Numbered from the stretch's first letter, positions 16,824-26,314 are shown. The stretch: DNA of 64,000 nucleotides from Candidatus Saccharimonadales bacterium (GCA_041751215.1 JBGSXW010000005.1:195664-259663), one strand, 5' to 3'. The notes: a model not told the origin generated them from the sequence alone. A program made the numbers and translations.

Positions 16824-16914
16824 TGAGAACCTCCTTTATTGCCGTACTATCATAACATTTTAACTAGGCGACAAACACAAGCAACTAAGCGCTTCTGGTG
16901 TATGATTAGCTTGT

Positions 16915-17949
16915 ATGATGTTTATCCTTACCACGCTAGCTTTACTGGCACTTTTAGCAACTGCGACTTTGGCTACTGCCATGCAAATTGGTGTGCTTGG
17001 CGTAAGTCGATACGAGCTAAAACGTCGAAGTGAAGAAGGCGATGAAGAAGCGCGCTTAGTCTACCCACTCCGCAGTCGAAGCGGAGAACTAGTTACGCTA
17101 CTAACTTTAAAGAAGGTTTTTACCGAAGTTCTGTTCGTTGTCTTGCTGGCTTGGTGGCTTCCGGGAAGCAATATATTTACCTCGTTTCTTGCAATCGTAA
17201 TTGCCTCTGCAACTCTGGCAGCCATTGTTGAACTACTGCCTAGGGCTTGGCTTAAGCCATACGGTTTTAAGTTGGCTGCGCGCACAGCACCAATGGTTGT
17301 TTACGGCATGGATTTGATCAAGCCACTGAGCCTACCGGTAGTAAACAAATTTGGGATCGACGAACCCGATGGTCCAGAAGTTCACTCGGTCGAGGAACTA
17401 GTAGACATAATTAGCAACCGACGCACTCGTAAAGAGACAAAACTCGACGCGCAGCAAATTAGTGTCATCCAGGGAGCTTTGGGTTTTGGCACAATGGCAA
17501 TCCGGGAAATCATGACCCCGCGCAGTGTTATAACCGCCATTGATCAAAAAACTGAGCTCAATACTGGCCAGCTCAAAAAACTTCACGATAGTGGACATTC
17601 GCGGTTTCCGGTGTTTGAAGAATCCATTGATCACATAGTCAGCATCCTCTATCTTCACGACCTAGTGAGTTTGCGCCAAGAGCACATCACGGCTCGACAA
17701 GCTGCTAAAGGAAAGGTCTATTACGTTAACGAGGACGAAAACCTCGAGCATGTTTTAAACGCTTTTATCAAAACTCGCCATCATTTATTTATCGTTGTTA
17801 ATGAGTTTGAGGAAGTAGTCGGCCTAGTAACTATCGAGGATGTGCTTGAGCAAATTCTTGGTCGCAAGATCGTTGATGAGTTTGATAAGTACGATGATCT
17901 TCGTGAGGTTGCCGCTAAACGTAAACCTCAGGGCCAAAAGGCCACCTAA
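16915..17949 (+). CDS. CNNM/DUF21 transmembrane domain plus CBS-pair protein (HlyC/CorC family)
   Basis: 344 aa. About 4 N-terminal TM helices are followed by IREIMTPRSVITAID and VGLVTIEDVLEQI, typical of tandem CBS domains. Confidence 0.8.
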   Translation: MMFILTTLALLALLATATLATAMQIGVLGVSRYELKRRSEEGDEEARLVYPLRSRSGELVTLLTLKKVFTEVLFVVLLAWWLPGSNIFTSFLAIVIASATLAAIVELLPRAWLKPYGFKLAARTAPMVVYGMDLIKPLSLPVVNKFGIDEPDGPEVHSVEELVDIISNRRTRKETKLDAQQISVIQGALGFGTMAIREIMTPRSVITAIDQKTELNTGQLKKLHDSGHSRFPVFEESIDHIVSILYLHDLVSLRQEHITARQAAKGKVYYVNEDENLEHVLNAFIKTRHHLFIVVNEFEEVVGLVTIEDVLEQILGRKIVDEFDKYDDLREVAAKRKPQGQKAT

Positions 17950-17974
17950 TTTATCTTCAGTACAAACCGACCTG

Positions 17975-18170
17975 CTTTGTCGCTCCCGCGACGGGGGTTG
18001 TTGCCACTTTTTAAAAAGTGGCTCAAAACCTACCCGCTACTATAAAAACTCTCATGAGCCTGCTTCATCCAAACCTCGGGCGGCTGCGGAGTTCGTCCGC
18101 CAACTGGCGGACAGTCCTCGCCGCTCCGGGTTTTGACCTCGCAAGCTCAGAGGTTTTTACAGATGCGGAG
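17975..18170 (+). repeat. structured intergenic repeat, copy B (with an 11-nt apical insertion)
   Basis: It shares a 5' module (CTTTGTCGCTCCCGCGACGGGGG) with copy C. H1 is GCCACTTTT-TAAA-AAGTGGC. Helices are TCCAAACC/GGTTTTGA and GCGGC/GCCGC. The apex carries the perfect hairpin GTCCGCC-AACT-GGCGGAC (18095..18112). Confidence 0.7.
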
Positions 18171-18245
18171 GTGAAAAAGAGTTTCATGCCCTGTCTGCGA
18201 TTCGGACTCTGAGATCGGACCTGACTTCTGTTATAATTGGTCGCA

Positions 18246-19568
18246 ATGAGAACGTTAGCTAGAGACATCGCCGAACAGGTCGGCAAACCAACAACAATTC
18301 AGGGTTGGTTACATAAAAAACGCTTGCTTGGTGGACTGGCCTTTATTTTAGTTCGAGATCGCAGCGGTGTAGTTCAGGTTGTAGTGGAGGACAAAGACGA
18401 AGTCGAGAAGCTCCGAGGTTTGCAAATCGGAACAGTTCTAGAAGTTTCGGGCGACGTCACTAAAGAAGATCGAGCACCTGGCGGTGCCGAGATTCACGAG
18501 CCAAAGTTAAATGTTCTAGTTCCGGTGACCGACGAGCCCCCAATCGAAATCGATAAGCCTATTAGTCACAAGTCAGAAAACCTCGATACGCTGCTCGACT
18601 ATCGTCCGCTGACCCTGCGTAACCTACAAGAAAAAGCTATTTTTAAAGTTCAGGCAACAGTCTTAAAGGCTTTTCGTGAGTTTTTTGCCGACAACGATTT
18701 TACAGAGATAAATAGCCCCAAGCTTTTGGCCGAAGCCACCGAGGGCGGAGCCGAAACTTTCAAGCTAGACTACTTCGGCAAAACCGCCACGCTTGCACAA
18801 TCGGCTCAGTTTTATAAGCAAATGATGGTCGGTGTTTTTGAGCGAGTCTTTGAGACAAACCCAACTTATAGAGCCGAGCCAAGTGCCACGACTCGCCACA
18901 TGACCGAGTACATAACAATTGATGCCGAGATCGGGTTAATTGAGTTTGAAGAACTCATGAACTACGCCGGCGACTGCCTGGCTTACATAATCAAGACCGT
19001 CCAGTCTGAGTGTGCCCAGGAACTAAAATCTTGGAACGTGCAGTCCTTTACATTGCCAGAGAGTGGCAAAGATATTCCGCGACTTACCATTACTGAAATC
19101 CACGAACTTTTCTTACAGGCTACTAAAGAAGATCACACCGGTGAGGATGATTTGGCGCCCGCTGAAGAGAAATGGATTTGCGAACACGCCAAGAAAAATC
19201 TCAATTCCGAAGCCGTGTTTGTTGTAGGTTGGCCGGCAAAAAGTAAAACCTTTAAGTTTTATCATCGGGCAAACGAACAAGATCCTGAACTTGCTGATCG
19301 CGCCGACTTGCTATTCCGCGGAGTCGAGATCACCACCCTTAGCATGCGCGAAAACCGCTACGACAAGCTAATAGAACAACTCAAAGCCAATGGCGGCGAT
19401 CCAGATAGCGCCGGTTACGCACCGTTACTTAGCGCCTACAAGTACGGCATGCCACCGCACGGCGGGTGGGGTTGGGGACTAGAACGAACCGTGCAGCGTA
19501 TTTTAGGACTCAATAACGTCAAAGAAGCCACGCTTTTCCCACGGGATATTAATCGACTGAGCCCGTAG
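18246..19568 (+). CDS. aspS: aspartate--tRNA ligase, archaeal/eukaryal type (possibly non-discriminating)
   Basis: The N-terminal OB fold is IQGWLHKKRLLGGLAFILVRDRSG. Class IIb motifs are YRAEPSATTRHMTEY and GMPPHGGWGWGLERTV, ending in LFPRDINRLSP. At about 440 aa it matches archaeal-type AspRS length. The start is set at ATG 18246, 8 nt after TATAAT (18232..18237). The ORF track begins at TTG 18237. Confidence 0.85.
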   Translation: MRTLARDIAEQVGKPTTIQGWLHKKRLLGGLAFILVRDRSGVVQVVVEDKDEVEKLRGLQIGTVLEVSGDVTKEDRAPGGAEIHEPKLNVLVPVTDEPPIEIDKPISHKSENLDTLLDYRPLTLRNLQEKAIFKVQATVLKAFREFFADNDFTEINSPKLLAEATEGGAETFKLDYFGKTATLAQSAQFYKQMMVGVFERVFETNPTYRAEPSATTRHMTEYITIDAEIGLIEFEELMNYAGDCLAYIIKTVQSECAQELKSWNVQSFTLPESGKDIPRLTITEIHELFLQATKEDHTGEDDLAPAEEKWICEHAKKNLNSEAVFVVGWPAKSKTFKFYHRANEQDPELADRADLLFRGVEITTLSMRENRYDKLIEQLKANGGDPDSAGYAPLLSAYKYGMPPHGGWGWGLERTVQRILGLNNVKEATLFPRDINRLSP

Positions 19569-19570
19569 CT

Positions 19571-20524
19571 ATGAGTAATAGGATACTAATAACCGATAGC
19601 TTATTTATTAAAGAGGAACATGCTAGAAAGCTGACTGATGCGGGTTTTGAGGTTGAGCGATTAGACAAACCGGCCGCCACAGAAGATGAACTATGCGCAG
19701 CCGTAAAGGGTAAAGCTGGTTACATTTTAGGCGGCGTAGAAAAGGTGACAAAGAAAGTCATTGAGTCCGCCGATCAACTCAAGGCAATTGTATTTACAGG
19801 CACAGCTTGGGATGGATTTATTCCAGGGCACGAGCTTGCTACCCAAAAAGGGATTGCCATTGGTGCTGCGCCCCACCTGAATGCTTACGCGGTTGCCGAG
19901 TTTGGCTTTGCAACTACCCTGCTAATGACCCGCGACTTGATTGGTTTGCAGCGAGGAGGCAATAAGACATTTGAAACAACTAAGTCATTGCCAGATTTAA
20001 AAATAGGCATCGTGGGGCTCGGACATATCGGCAGACAGTACGCACAAATGGTTAGAGGCGCGGGTGCTAAACGCCTTTTTTATTACAACCGAAGCTCTCG
20101 TCCTGAATTCGAGAAAGAATTAGACATAAAGGCTCTTGATAAGGACCAGTTATTCGCAACCTGTGATGTCATCTTTGTAGCCCTTCATGTTGGTGCCGGG
20201 AAGCACTATATAGACCGAGATGATATTAATGCTATGAAGTCGAACTCACTGTTGGTTTCTATTGCCGACCCACTACTATTCGATCTTGACGCACTTCACG
20301 CTCGCTTAGTAAAAGATGAAATAAGAGGCGCATTTGACGAAAATATTAAAGAAGAAAGATTTACGAAGTTACCTCTTGATATTTGGTACACACCAAACGA
20401 ATCTTCAGCCTTTAATACCGGCAGAACAGTTCAAGAAGTAAGCGACAGTTGTGTGGATACAATGATCAATTTATTAAATACTGGCGAAGATAAGTATTTA
20501 ATGAATCCTGATTATAGAAAATGA
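19571..20524 (+). CDS. D-isomer-specific 2-hydroxyacid dehydrogenase family protein
   Basis: 317 aa with the NAD-binding segment IGIVGLGHIGRQYA. It starts 2 nt after aspS. Confidence 0.8.
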   Translation: MSNRILITDSLFIKEEHARKLTDAGFEVERLDKPAATEDELCAAVKGKAGYILGGVEKVTKKVIESADQLKAIVFTGTAWDGFIPGHELATQKGIAIGAAPHLNAYAVAEFGFATTLLMTRDLIGLQRGGNKTFETTKSLPDLKIGIVGLGHIGRQYAQMVRGAGAKRLFYYNRSSRPEFEKELDIKALDKDQLFATCDVIFVALHVGAGKHYIDRDDINAMKSNSLLVSIADPLLFDLDALHARLVKDEIRGAFDENIKEERFTKLPLDIWYTPNESSAFNTGRTVQEVSDSCVDTMINLLNTGEDKYLMNPDYRK

Positions 20525-21225
20525 AGCACGCCGATCAGCAACGCATTTGGGACGAGGAGCATGCAAATCCAACTGTTTTAATGCCAATGGATGAAGAGCG
20601 GCCGTCGGGTGCGATCGAACCCTTTTATGAATACATGCAAAGTTTGCCTGAGGCCGACAGTTATCAGACTGGTTTTGAGATTGGCTGCGGCAAAGGCCGA
20701 AACGTAAACTGGCTGGCTAATAAAGGTCTTGACGTCACTGGCTTAGATTTTTCGCCCAACGCAATAGCCGAGGCCCAAAAGCGAGCCAAGGCCCAGCATC
20801 TGAGCAGCGCCCACTTTATTGTTCATGACGTAATCAACCGTCTACCTTTTGCCGACGCTTCTTGCGACTTTGCCATAGATTGCTATGCCAGCACCGACAT
20901 CGAGAAGATTGCCGGACGGCAAAATGCTCGAGCCGAAATTACTCGCACACTGCGCTTGGGCGGCTTGTACCTGCTTTGTGTTATGGCCAGCGACAGTGAG
21001 TTTCACGAACAGATGGCACAAAAATATCCCGGCGATGAGCCTGGAAGTTTTCATCACCCAGAAAACGGCAAGTTTGAAAAAGCCTTTAGCGATGACGAGA
21101 TTAGCGATAACTTTATTGGTCAGGAATTTACCGTCGCTAAACGCGAAATTTATGAACGACAAACCGAGTTTGCCGGCCAAGCCTACAACACCCGGATGCA
21201 CCTTCTGATTATGAGAAAAAACTAA
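20521..21225 (+). CDS. class I SAM-dependent methyltransferase
   Basis: Motif I is FEIGCGKGRN and the post-I segment is VTGLDFS. An ATGA overlap with the upstream gene suggests translational coupling. Confidence 0.8.
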   Translation: MKHADQQRIWDEEHANPTVLMPMDEERPSGAIEPFYEYMQSLPEADSYQTGFEIGCGKGRNVNWLANKGLDVTGLDFSPNAIAEAQKRAKAQHLSSAHFIVHDVINRLPFADASCDFAIDCYASTDIEKIAGRQNARAEITRTLRLGGLYLLCVMASDSEFHEQMAQKYPGDEPGSFHHPENGKFEKAFSDDEISDNFIGQEFTVAKREIYERQTEFAGQAYNTRMHLLIMRKN

Positions 21226-21263
21226 ACCTGTTCTAAACAAACCGCTAACGGTATACTGCTAGC

Positions 21264-23087
21264 ATGCCAGAAAAAGACCTAGAGCCGAACGCAGACAAGG
21301 AAGAAACGTCGGTTGCACCAGAACCTGAAGAAACTCAGGACGATTCTGATGTTACCGAATCGGACGAGGATCAAGACGACTCCGAACTAGCAGAGGCCTT
21401 CGAGGATAAAGATAACGATAACGATAATGATGCTGACGAGCAAGAGTCAGAAGAACAGACCGAGGATGAGTCAGATGAAAAGTCAGATACAACGTCAAAT
21501 AAAAAGCCCAACGTCTTTAAGCGTTTTTGGGCTCACAAGAAGCTTCGTTACAGTGTAATAATCGCTATCTTGGCCGTAACCGGACTAATGATATTTGTGC
21601 CTAGTGCACGCTTTGCAACACTTGGCGCGCTGGGTTTTAGAGGTACGGTGATAGTTACCGTCAAAGACGCCGAGACTAGCCAGCCACTTAAAGATGTAAA
21701 AGTTTCGATCAATGGGCAAGACTCGAGTACTAACGAAGAAGGTTTAGCAACTATTAACGAAGTTAAACTGGGCAATCATAATCTAGAAGTTTCTAAAACG
21801 GCTTACGCTACCAGCTCCCAAACTTTGACAGTTAGTGTCGGTGATACCAGGCCTGACGAAGTTTTGTTGGCTCCTACCGGAACACCGTTTACATTTAACG
21901 TGACCGACTGGATATCAGACGCGGCCATTGTTAAAGCCGAAGTTAGCTATCAAGATAGTAGCGCGTTTTCTGACGAGGACGGACAAGTTCGATTAACTGT
22001 GCCACCGCTTAACGAATCTGAGTTTATCGTTTCTATTAAGGCCGAGGGTTTTAAGCCGGCTGAGGCCAAGATTCAAGCCAGCGTAGTCGAACCCACCAGC
22101 GTTAAACTTGTGCCCGTTGGTAAACGAGTGTTTATATCCAAGCGGGGTGGGGTCTACGATTTGTATAAATCTGACCTCGACGGTAAGCGCGAGCAAAAGC
22201 TTGTAGCCGGAACTGGCAAAGAGCGAGATGAACTGGCCTTAAGTGTTAACTACAAAGCTAACCGTGCCATCTTGGTTTCTAGCCGTGAAGGAAAACGAAA
22301 CACCAACGGTGAGCTAATGGATGGAATTTTCTCGGTCGATCTCAAAAGCGGTGAACTAACAAAAATTGCCGAGGCTTACCGAATTCAGTTGATCGGCTGG
22401 GTTGGAGATGCGGTTGTTTATACAAAATATTCATATCTTGCCCCCGTCAATAAACAGTATGTGATCAGTTCTTATAACGTAAGTGACGGTGCTACTGCCA
22501 ATATTGCTAACGCCTCTGGTTTTAGCGACATTTTAACAACTGATAGCTACGTTTTTTACATACCGGTTAGCTATAGTACCCCTGCAATCAAGCCATACCT
22601 TTACCGTAAAGACGTTAACGGCACAAATCGAACCATTATTCGAGCTTCCGAGACTTGGAGTGTGTTAAGGCAGGGCAGCAACAGCCTAATCATTAGTGCA
22701 CCTGACAATACTTGGCTAGAAGCAGACTTAACCGGCGCTAACTTGCTAACCCTAGACGGACCTCCGGCGCGCGCTTACCGCTCAGTGTCTCATCTTTATG
22801 TAGCTAATCCCGACAGCAACGAATCACTTTGGGTTGATCAGCGCGACGGCAAAGGGGTGCTCTTGCTCCATAAGCCCGGAACTCCCGATAGCAGCGACAA
22901 GGCCCTAGTCCGACAATCTGGGCTTCGCACTCCAGTGGCCTGGGTCGACAACACACGCGTGATTTTTAGGGTTAATACCGATCAAGAAACCGCCGACTAC
23001 ATCGTCAGCATAAACGGCGGCGAGGCAAAGAAAATTAGCGACGTTAGCGACGTAGGCTCAGAAGATCGCTATCACTACTATTACTAA
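21264..23087 (+). CDS. membrane-anchored surface protein with an acidic N-tail, carboxypeptidase-regulatory-like beta-sandwich repeats and a TolB-like beta-propeller region
   Basis: 607 aa. The order is a D/E-rich N-terminus, one TM segment, VIVTVKDAETSQPLKDVKVSINGQ-type repeats, then DLYKSDLDGKREQKLV / SSREGKRNTNGE propeller-like blades. The domain calls are pattern-based. Confidence 0.55.
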   Translation: MPEKDLEPNADKEETSVAPEPEETQDDSDVTESDEDQDDSELAEAFEDKDNDNDNDADEQESEEQTEDESDEKSDTTSNKKPNVFKRFWAHKKLRYSVIIAILAVTGLMIFVPSARFATLGALGFRGTVIVTVKDAETSQPLKDVKVSINGQDSSTNEEGLATINEVKLGNHNLEVSKTAYATSSQTLTVSVGDTRPDEVLLAPTGTPFTFNVTDWISDAAIVKAEVSYQDSSAFSDEDGQVRLTVPPLNESEFIVSIKAEGFKPAEAKIQASVVEPTSVKLVPVGKRVFISKRGGVYDLYKSDLDGKREQKLVAGTGKERDELALSVNYKANRAILVSSREGKRNTNGELMDGIFSVDLKSGELTKIAEAYRIQLIGWVGDAVVYTKYSYLAPVNKQYVISSYNVSDGATANIANASGFSDILTTDSYVFYIPVSYSTPAIKPYLYRKDVNGTNRTIIRASETWSVLRQGSNSLIISAPDNTWLEADLTGANLLTLDGPPARAYRSVSHLYVANPDSNESLWVDQRDGKGVLLLHKPGTPDSSDKALVRQSGLRTPVAWVDNTRVIFRVNTDQETADYIVSINGGEAKKISDVSDVGSEDRYHYYY

Positions 23088-23119
23088 GACTGATTTCTTT
23101 TCAGAATGAACCGAAGTGT

Positions 23120-23303
23120 CTTTGTCGCTCCCGCGACGGGGGTATTGCCACTTTTCATAAAGTGGCTCAAAACTCCCCCGCTAACTACCAAAACACTCTT
23201 GAAACTAGTTCAGCCAGACCTCGGGTAGCTGCGGAGTCCGTCCGAACAGTCCTCGCTACGCCGGGCTTTGGCTTCCTAGTCTCAGAGGTTTTGGTAGAGG
23301 CGG
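23120..23303 (+). repeat. structured intergenic repeat, copy C
   Basis: Very similar to copy D, with helices CTACCAAAAC/GTTTTGGTAG and GTAGC/GCTAC and apex TGCGGAGTCCGTCCGAACAGTCCTC. It also carries the 5' module shared with copy B. Confidence 0.7.
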
Positions 23304-23346
23304 TAAGGAGAAAATGCACCGGACCGAGTAATGATAGAATAAGGGT

Positions 23347-23637
23347 ATGTCTAAGCTACTAGCAGCAGATGAAATTCAAACGAACTTGGCGAAGCTTGAT
23401 CTTGAATGGGCAACACCTGGGCAAGCTACACTAACCCGAGTTTTTAACTTCGATGACTTTAAGCAAGCTTTAGCCTTTGTAAATAAAATCGGGGACCTGG
23501 CCGAAGAGCTAAACCACCACCCAGACATTGAACTTAACTACGGTAAAGTGGTAGTTAACTTGACTACTCATAGCGCCGGCGGTTTAACGAGCAAGGACTT
23601 CGAGCTAGCCAACCAGATTGATCAGCTGGTAAGTTAG
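23347..23637 (+). CDS. phhB: 4a-hydroxytetrahydrobiopterin dehydratase (PCD/DCoH)
   Basis: 96 aa. ELNHHPDIELNYGKVVVNLTTH is the family signature. Leaderless context: TAGAAT (23335..23340)-N6-ATG. Confidence 0.85.
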   Translation: MSKLLAADEIQTNLAKLDLEWATPGQATLTRVFNFDDFKQALAFVNKIGDLAEELNHHPDIELNYGKVVVNLTTHSAGGLTSKDFELANQIDQLVS

Positions 23638-23822
23638 TCTTCGATCCAGTCTTCAATAACTAGCTTATTGCGGGACTTTTTTATGACTAGCTTCTGGCCG
23701 TCTTTCCATTTGAGCTGACGAACTAAAGCAATAGGCAAGGTTACGAAGTAAGAAGGACTATCGGTGTTACCGGTTGTTCCGAGCTTACGAATCTGACGGG
23801 TGCGGTTGTTTGGTCTTGGCAT
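23634..23822 (-). CDS. AbrB/SpoVT-like DNA-binding domain protein (tentative)
   Basis: 62 aa. YFVTLPIALVRQLKWKDGQKLVIKKSRNKLVIED resembles the swapped-hairpin AbrB/MazE fold pattern. Confidence 0.5.
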   Translation of the reverse strand: MPRPNNRTRQIRKLGTTGNTDSPSYFVTLPIALVRQLKWKDGQKLVIKKSRNKLVIEDWIED

Positions 23823-23920
23823 CTTACCCTCACTTAGTTTGGTTAATTATATAACTAATTATATAACTTTCAAAACTCTCGGTTTTAACTTATGCGCACA
23901 GACTTTGCTATAATTTCAAC

Positions 23921-24247
23921 ATGAGAGAAGTAGTAAAAGTTGCAGTAACAGTACCCGAAAAGGACGCCGATAAACTTAGACTGGCTATCGGCAACGCCGG
24001 AGGCGGTGCAATTGAAGATTATTCTCACACTAGTCTTTCTGTTAAAGGTGTAGGTCGTTTTAAGCCGCTTGATGATGCAAACCCGACCATCGGCAAGTCT
24101 GGCAAGTTTGAAGAAGTAGCCGAGGAAAGAATTGAAGTCACTTGCTTTAAAGACGAGCTAAGCAAAATTATGCAGGCAATTAGAGACAACCACCCCTACG
24201 AGGTGCCAGTGATCGACGTCTATCCTTTACTGGCAATTAACGAATAG
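23921..24247 (+). CDS. stand-alone NIF3-insert (PII-like, COG3323-type) domain protein
   Basis: KVAVTVPEKDADKLRLAIGNAGGGAIEDYSHTSLSVKGVGRFKP...HPYEVPVIDVYPL follows the pattern of the insert domain of NIF3/YqfO proteins. Confidence 0.55.
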   Translation: MREVVKVAVTVPEKDADKLRLAIGNAGGGAIEDYSHTSLSVKGVGRFKPLDDANPTIGKSGKFEEVAEERIEVTCFKDELSKIMQAIRDNHPYEVPVIDVYPLLAINE

Positions 24248-24500
24248 CGTCTAGCGCCCGGCCGGCACGGTGGCTGGCGTCGTTGCTTTCATCAACAGTT
24301 TTTTGAGCTTCTTCGATGGTGCTAGTGTCGGGATTATTGTCGGTGTCAGCCTGATTCTGAGCAGTCATTACGCGGTACGTAAGCAACGAAATCATTCCAA
24401 CCAGCACAATGATGACGAAGATTATTATGCCGCTCTCATCATTTTTTATATTTGTGCGCTTCATGACGATAATATTACGACTATCTAGCTGGTTTGTCAT
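24237..24500 (-). CDS. small single-pass membrane protein, unknown function
   Basis: 87 aa with one TM segment (GIIIFVIIVLVGMISLLTY). No family recognised. Confidence 0.4.
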   Translation of the reverse strand: MTNQLDSRNIIVMKRTNIKNDESGIIIFVIIVLVGMISLLTYRVMTAQNQADTDNNPDTSTIEEAQKTVDESNDASHRAGRALDAIR

Positions 24501-24573
24501 GTCAAAATGTTTGCGCTTAATACTAAATGCTTAACCTTGCTACTTCTTCAAATAGATACCAGAATAGTTAATT

Positions 24574-25068
24574 ATGAGCTTTGAAGCACCAGAACCGGTT
24601 GATCCGAGCGACGTTAGGGCTGTCGCGGGACTAGACCCTCAAGTTAGGGCTTTTCTTGAGGGCATGCTCGCTGACGTTAACTTTGACCCCTCGCAAATTG
24701 AAAACTTTTATGCGCTACTGGGCGAAAGCGAATTTGCAGTCGATGCCATAGACGAGGAGGCACGGCGTAGCGATGTTCACTGGTATAACATCCAAGGTTC
24801 GTGGTCGGTCTACATTTTTGCCATTGGCATCGAGCCAGAAGGCGGAGCTGGTCACTTTAGACATCGACAATTTGGAAACCAAAATCGCTTTGATCAGGCG
24901 GCAACACTGGGCCAAAGTCCAGAAGCTAGAGCAAGACTCTATTCGGAACTAGATGACCGCGATAGCGAATCTATCAGGCAATCACTGGCAGCGTTGTTTC
25001 ACGCTTATAGCGGCCAGAAACAAATGTTTCCAACTGGACGCAACGAGAACGGGGAGAGATACCTTTAA
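24574..25068 (+). CDS. hypothetical protein
   Basis: 164-aa acidic ORF with no recognisable motif. Confidence 0.45.
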   Translation: MSFEAPEPVDPSDVRAVAGLDPQVRAFLEGMLADVNFDPSQIENFYALLGESEFAVDAIDEEARRSDVHWYNIQGSWSVYIFAIGIEPEGGAGHFRHRQFGNQNRFDQAATLGQSPEARARLYSELDDRDSESIRQSLAALFHAYSGQKQMFPTGRNENGERYL

Positions 25069-25949
25069 GACTTTTTAGCGGTCCTTTTTGGTTGGTGAAT
25101 AATTCTTTGAGGATAAGGGATCTCGATTCCGGCCTTCTCGAACGCAACTTTTATTCGCTTGCGGTATTCGCCGGCTAGCGCCCATTGCTGTGACGGGCGA
25201 ACTTTAGCAACAACCTTAACTTCAACGGCTGAGTCGGCAAAGTTGTCTACACGCAAGAATTCAGGAGGGTCAATAATGTGCTTAGCCCAATCCTCGTCTT
25301 TGGCCATGGCTTGACCGACTTCATTTATGACCTTGGTGACTTTATCGATATCAGCATCGTAACTAACGCTGATGTTTAAGTTAAGATTTGCGTACTCCAT
25401 GGTTAGGTTTGTCGCCACGTTTATTAGACCGTTTGGTACGTGATGAACGTGGCCGTCTAAGTCTCTTAGTACAGTTTCTCGTAGGGTTATTTTGCTAACG
25501 ACACCATCAACTCCTGCTATCTTAACCACATCGCCAACACGGTACTGGTTTTCGAGCACAATAAAAATGCCGTTAGAAATGTCTTTAATCATCGCTTGGG
25601 CTCCCAGCCCAATTGCAATCGCGGCCGCACCAGCTCCAGCGATCAAGGCAGCTAGGTCAACTCCTAGCAAGTAAAAAATTATCGCTCCACCGACCAGCCA
25701 AGATAAAAAGTGAGATGTGGCCTCAACCATGCTAAGGATGGTGTTGGCACGCTGCTCGACGTCGTGCTTATTGGTAAATGAACCACGTTCTATGGCGTGG
25801 TGGACTGCTCGAGAGGCAATCATCATGCCAAAGTGTCGAACCACCGCAACTACTAACAGGACTATGCCGATTTTTAAGCCAGTTGACGACAGCCATTCTA
25901 AGGCATCAGTAAAAATCTGTTCAATTGCTGGTACATCTTCCATCACCAT
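25065..25949 (-). CDS. MscS-family small-conductance mechanosensitive channel
   Basis: Three TM helices are followed by YRVGDVVKIAGVDGVVSKITLRETVLRDLDGHVHHVPNG, the MscS beta-domain signature. Confidence 0.85.
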   Translation of the reverse strand: MVMEDVPAIEQIFTDALEWLSSTGLKIGIVLLVVAVVRHFGMMIASRAVHHAIERGSFTNKHDVEQRANTILSMVEATSHFLSWLVGGAIIFYLLGVDLAALIAGAGAAAIAIGLGAQAMIKDISNGIFIVLENQYRVGDVVKIAGVDGVVSKITLRETVLRDLDGHVHHVPNGLINVATNLTMEYANLNLNISVSYDADIDKVTKVINEVGQAMAKDEDWAKHIIDPPEFLRVDNFADSAVEVKVVAKVRPSQQWALAGEYRKRIKVAFEKAGIEIPYPQRIIHQPKRTAKKS

Positions 25950-25981
25950 TAGTTTATCATGGAGGTAAAAGGGAGAGCTTT

Positions 25982-26314
25982 ATGAATTTTAATGATTATC
26001 AAAATAAAAGTGCTAAAACTATGATTGTTGAGGGCCCGGGCTTAACCAGGCTGTATTACTGCGCACTAGGCTTGGCAAATGAGAGTGGAGAAGTGGCCGG
26101 AAAAGTTAAGAAAGTAATTCGTGACCGCGACGGAAAAGTGGACGACGAGGCTAAAAGTTTAATCGGTGCCGAACTCGGAGACGTTTTGTGGTATCTAGCT
26201 CGCCTAGCCGACGAAATCGACTTAAAGCTAGACGACGTAGCCCAGGAGAATTTAGACAAACTTTTATCAAGGCTAGACAGAGGTACGATAAAGGGCGACG
26301 GTGACAAGCGTTAA
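25982..26314 (+). CDS. MazG-like nucleotide pyrophosphohydrolase
   Basis: GLANESGEVAGKVKKVIRD and ELGDVLWYLARLADEI give the ExxE / ExxD helices. The start was moved to ATG 25982 after GGAGG, which avoids overlap with MscS. Confidence 0.8.
   Translation: MNFNDYQNKSAKTMIVEGPGLTRLYYCALGLANESGEVAGKVKKVIRDRDGKVDDEAKSLIGAELGDVLWYLARLADEIDLKLDDVAQENLDKLLSRLDRGTIKGDGDKR

Noticed and set aside
18018-18212. 64-aa ORF (MAQNLPATIK...) and its counterpart at 23162..23362 (MAQNSPANYQ...), both starting at the GTG of the H1 hairpin inside the structured repeats. They could suggest a conserved small protein.
   Set aside because: In copy D the same frame stops after 21 codons. A 1-nt indel between copies C and D shifts the frame, and copy A has a different sequence in that stretch. 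Conservation tracks base pairing, not codons.
17975-18236. The repeat upstream of aspS as a possible T-box leader.
   Set aside because: There is no T-box consensus (AAnnnGGGTGGTACCGCG-like), specifier-loop architecture or terminator/antiterminator pair. The same element also precedes unrelated genes (dus, pterin dehydratase).
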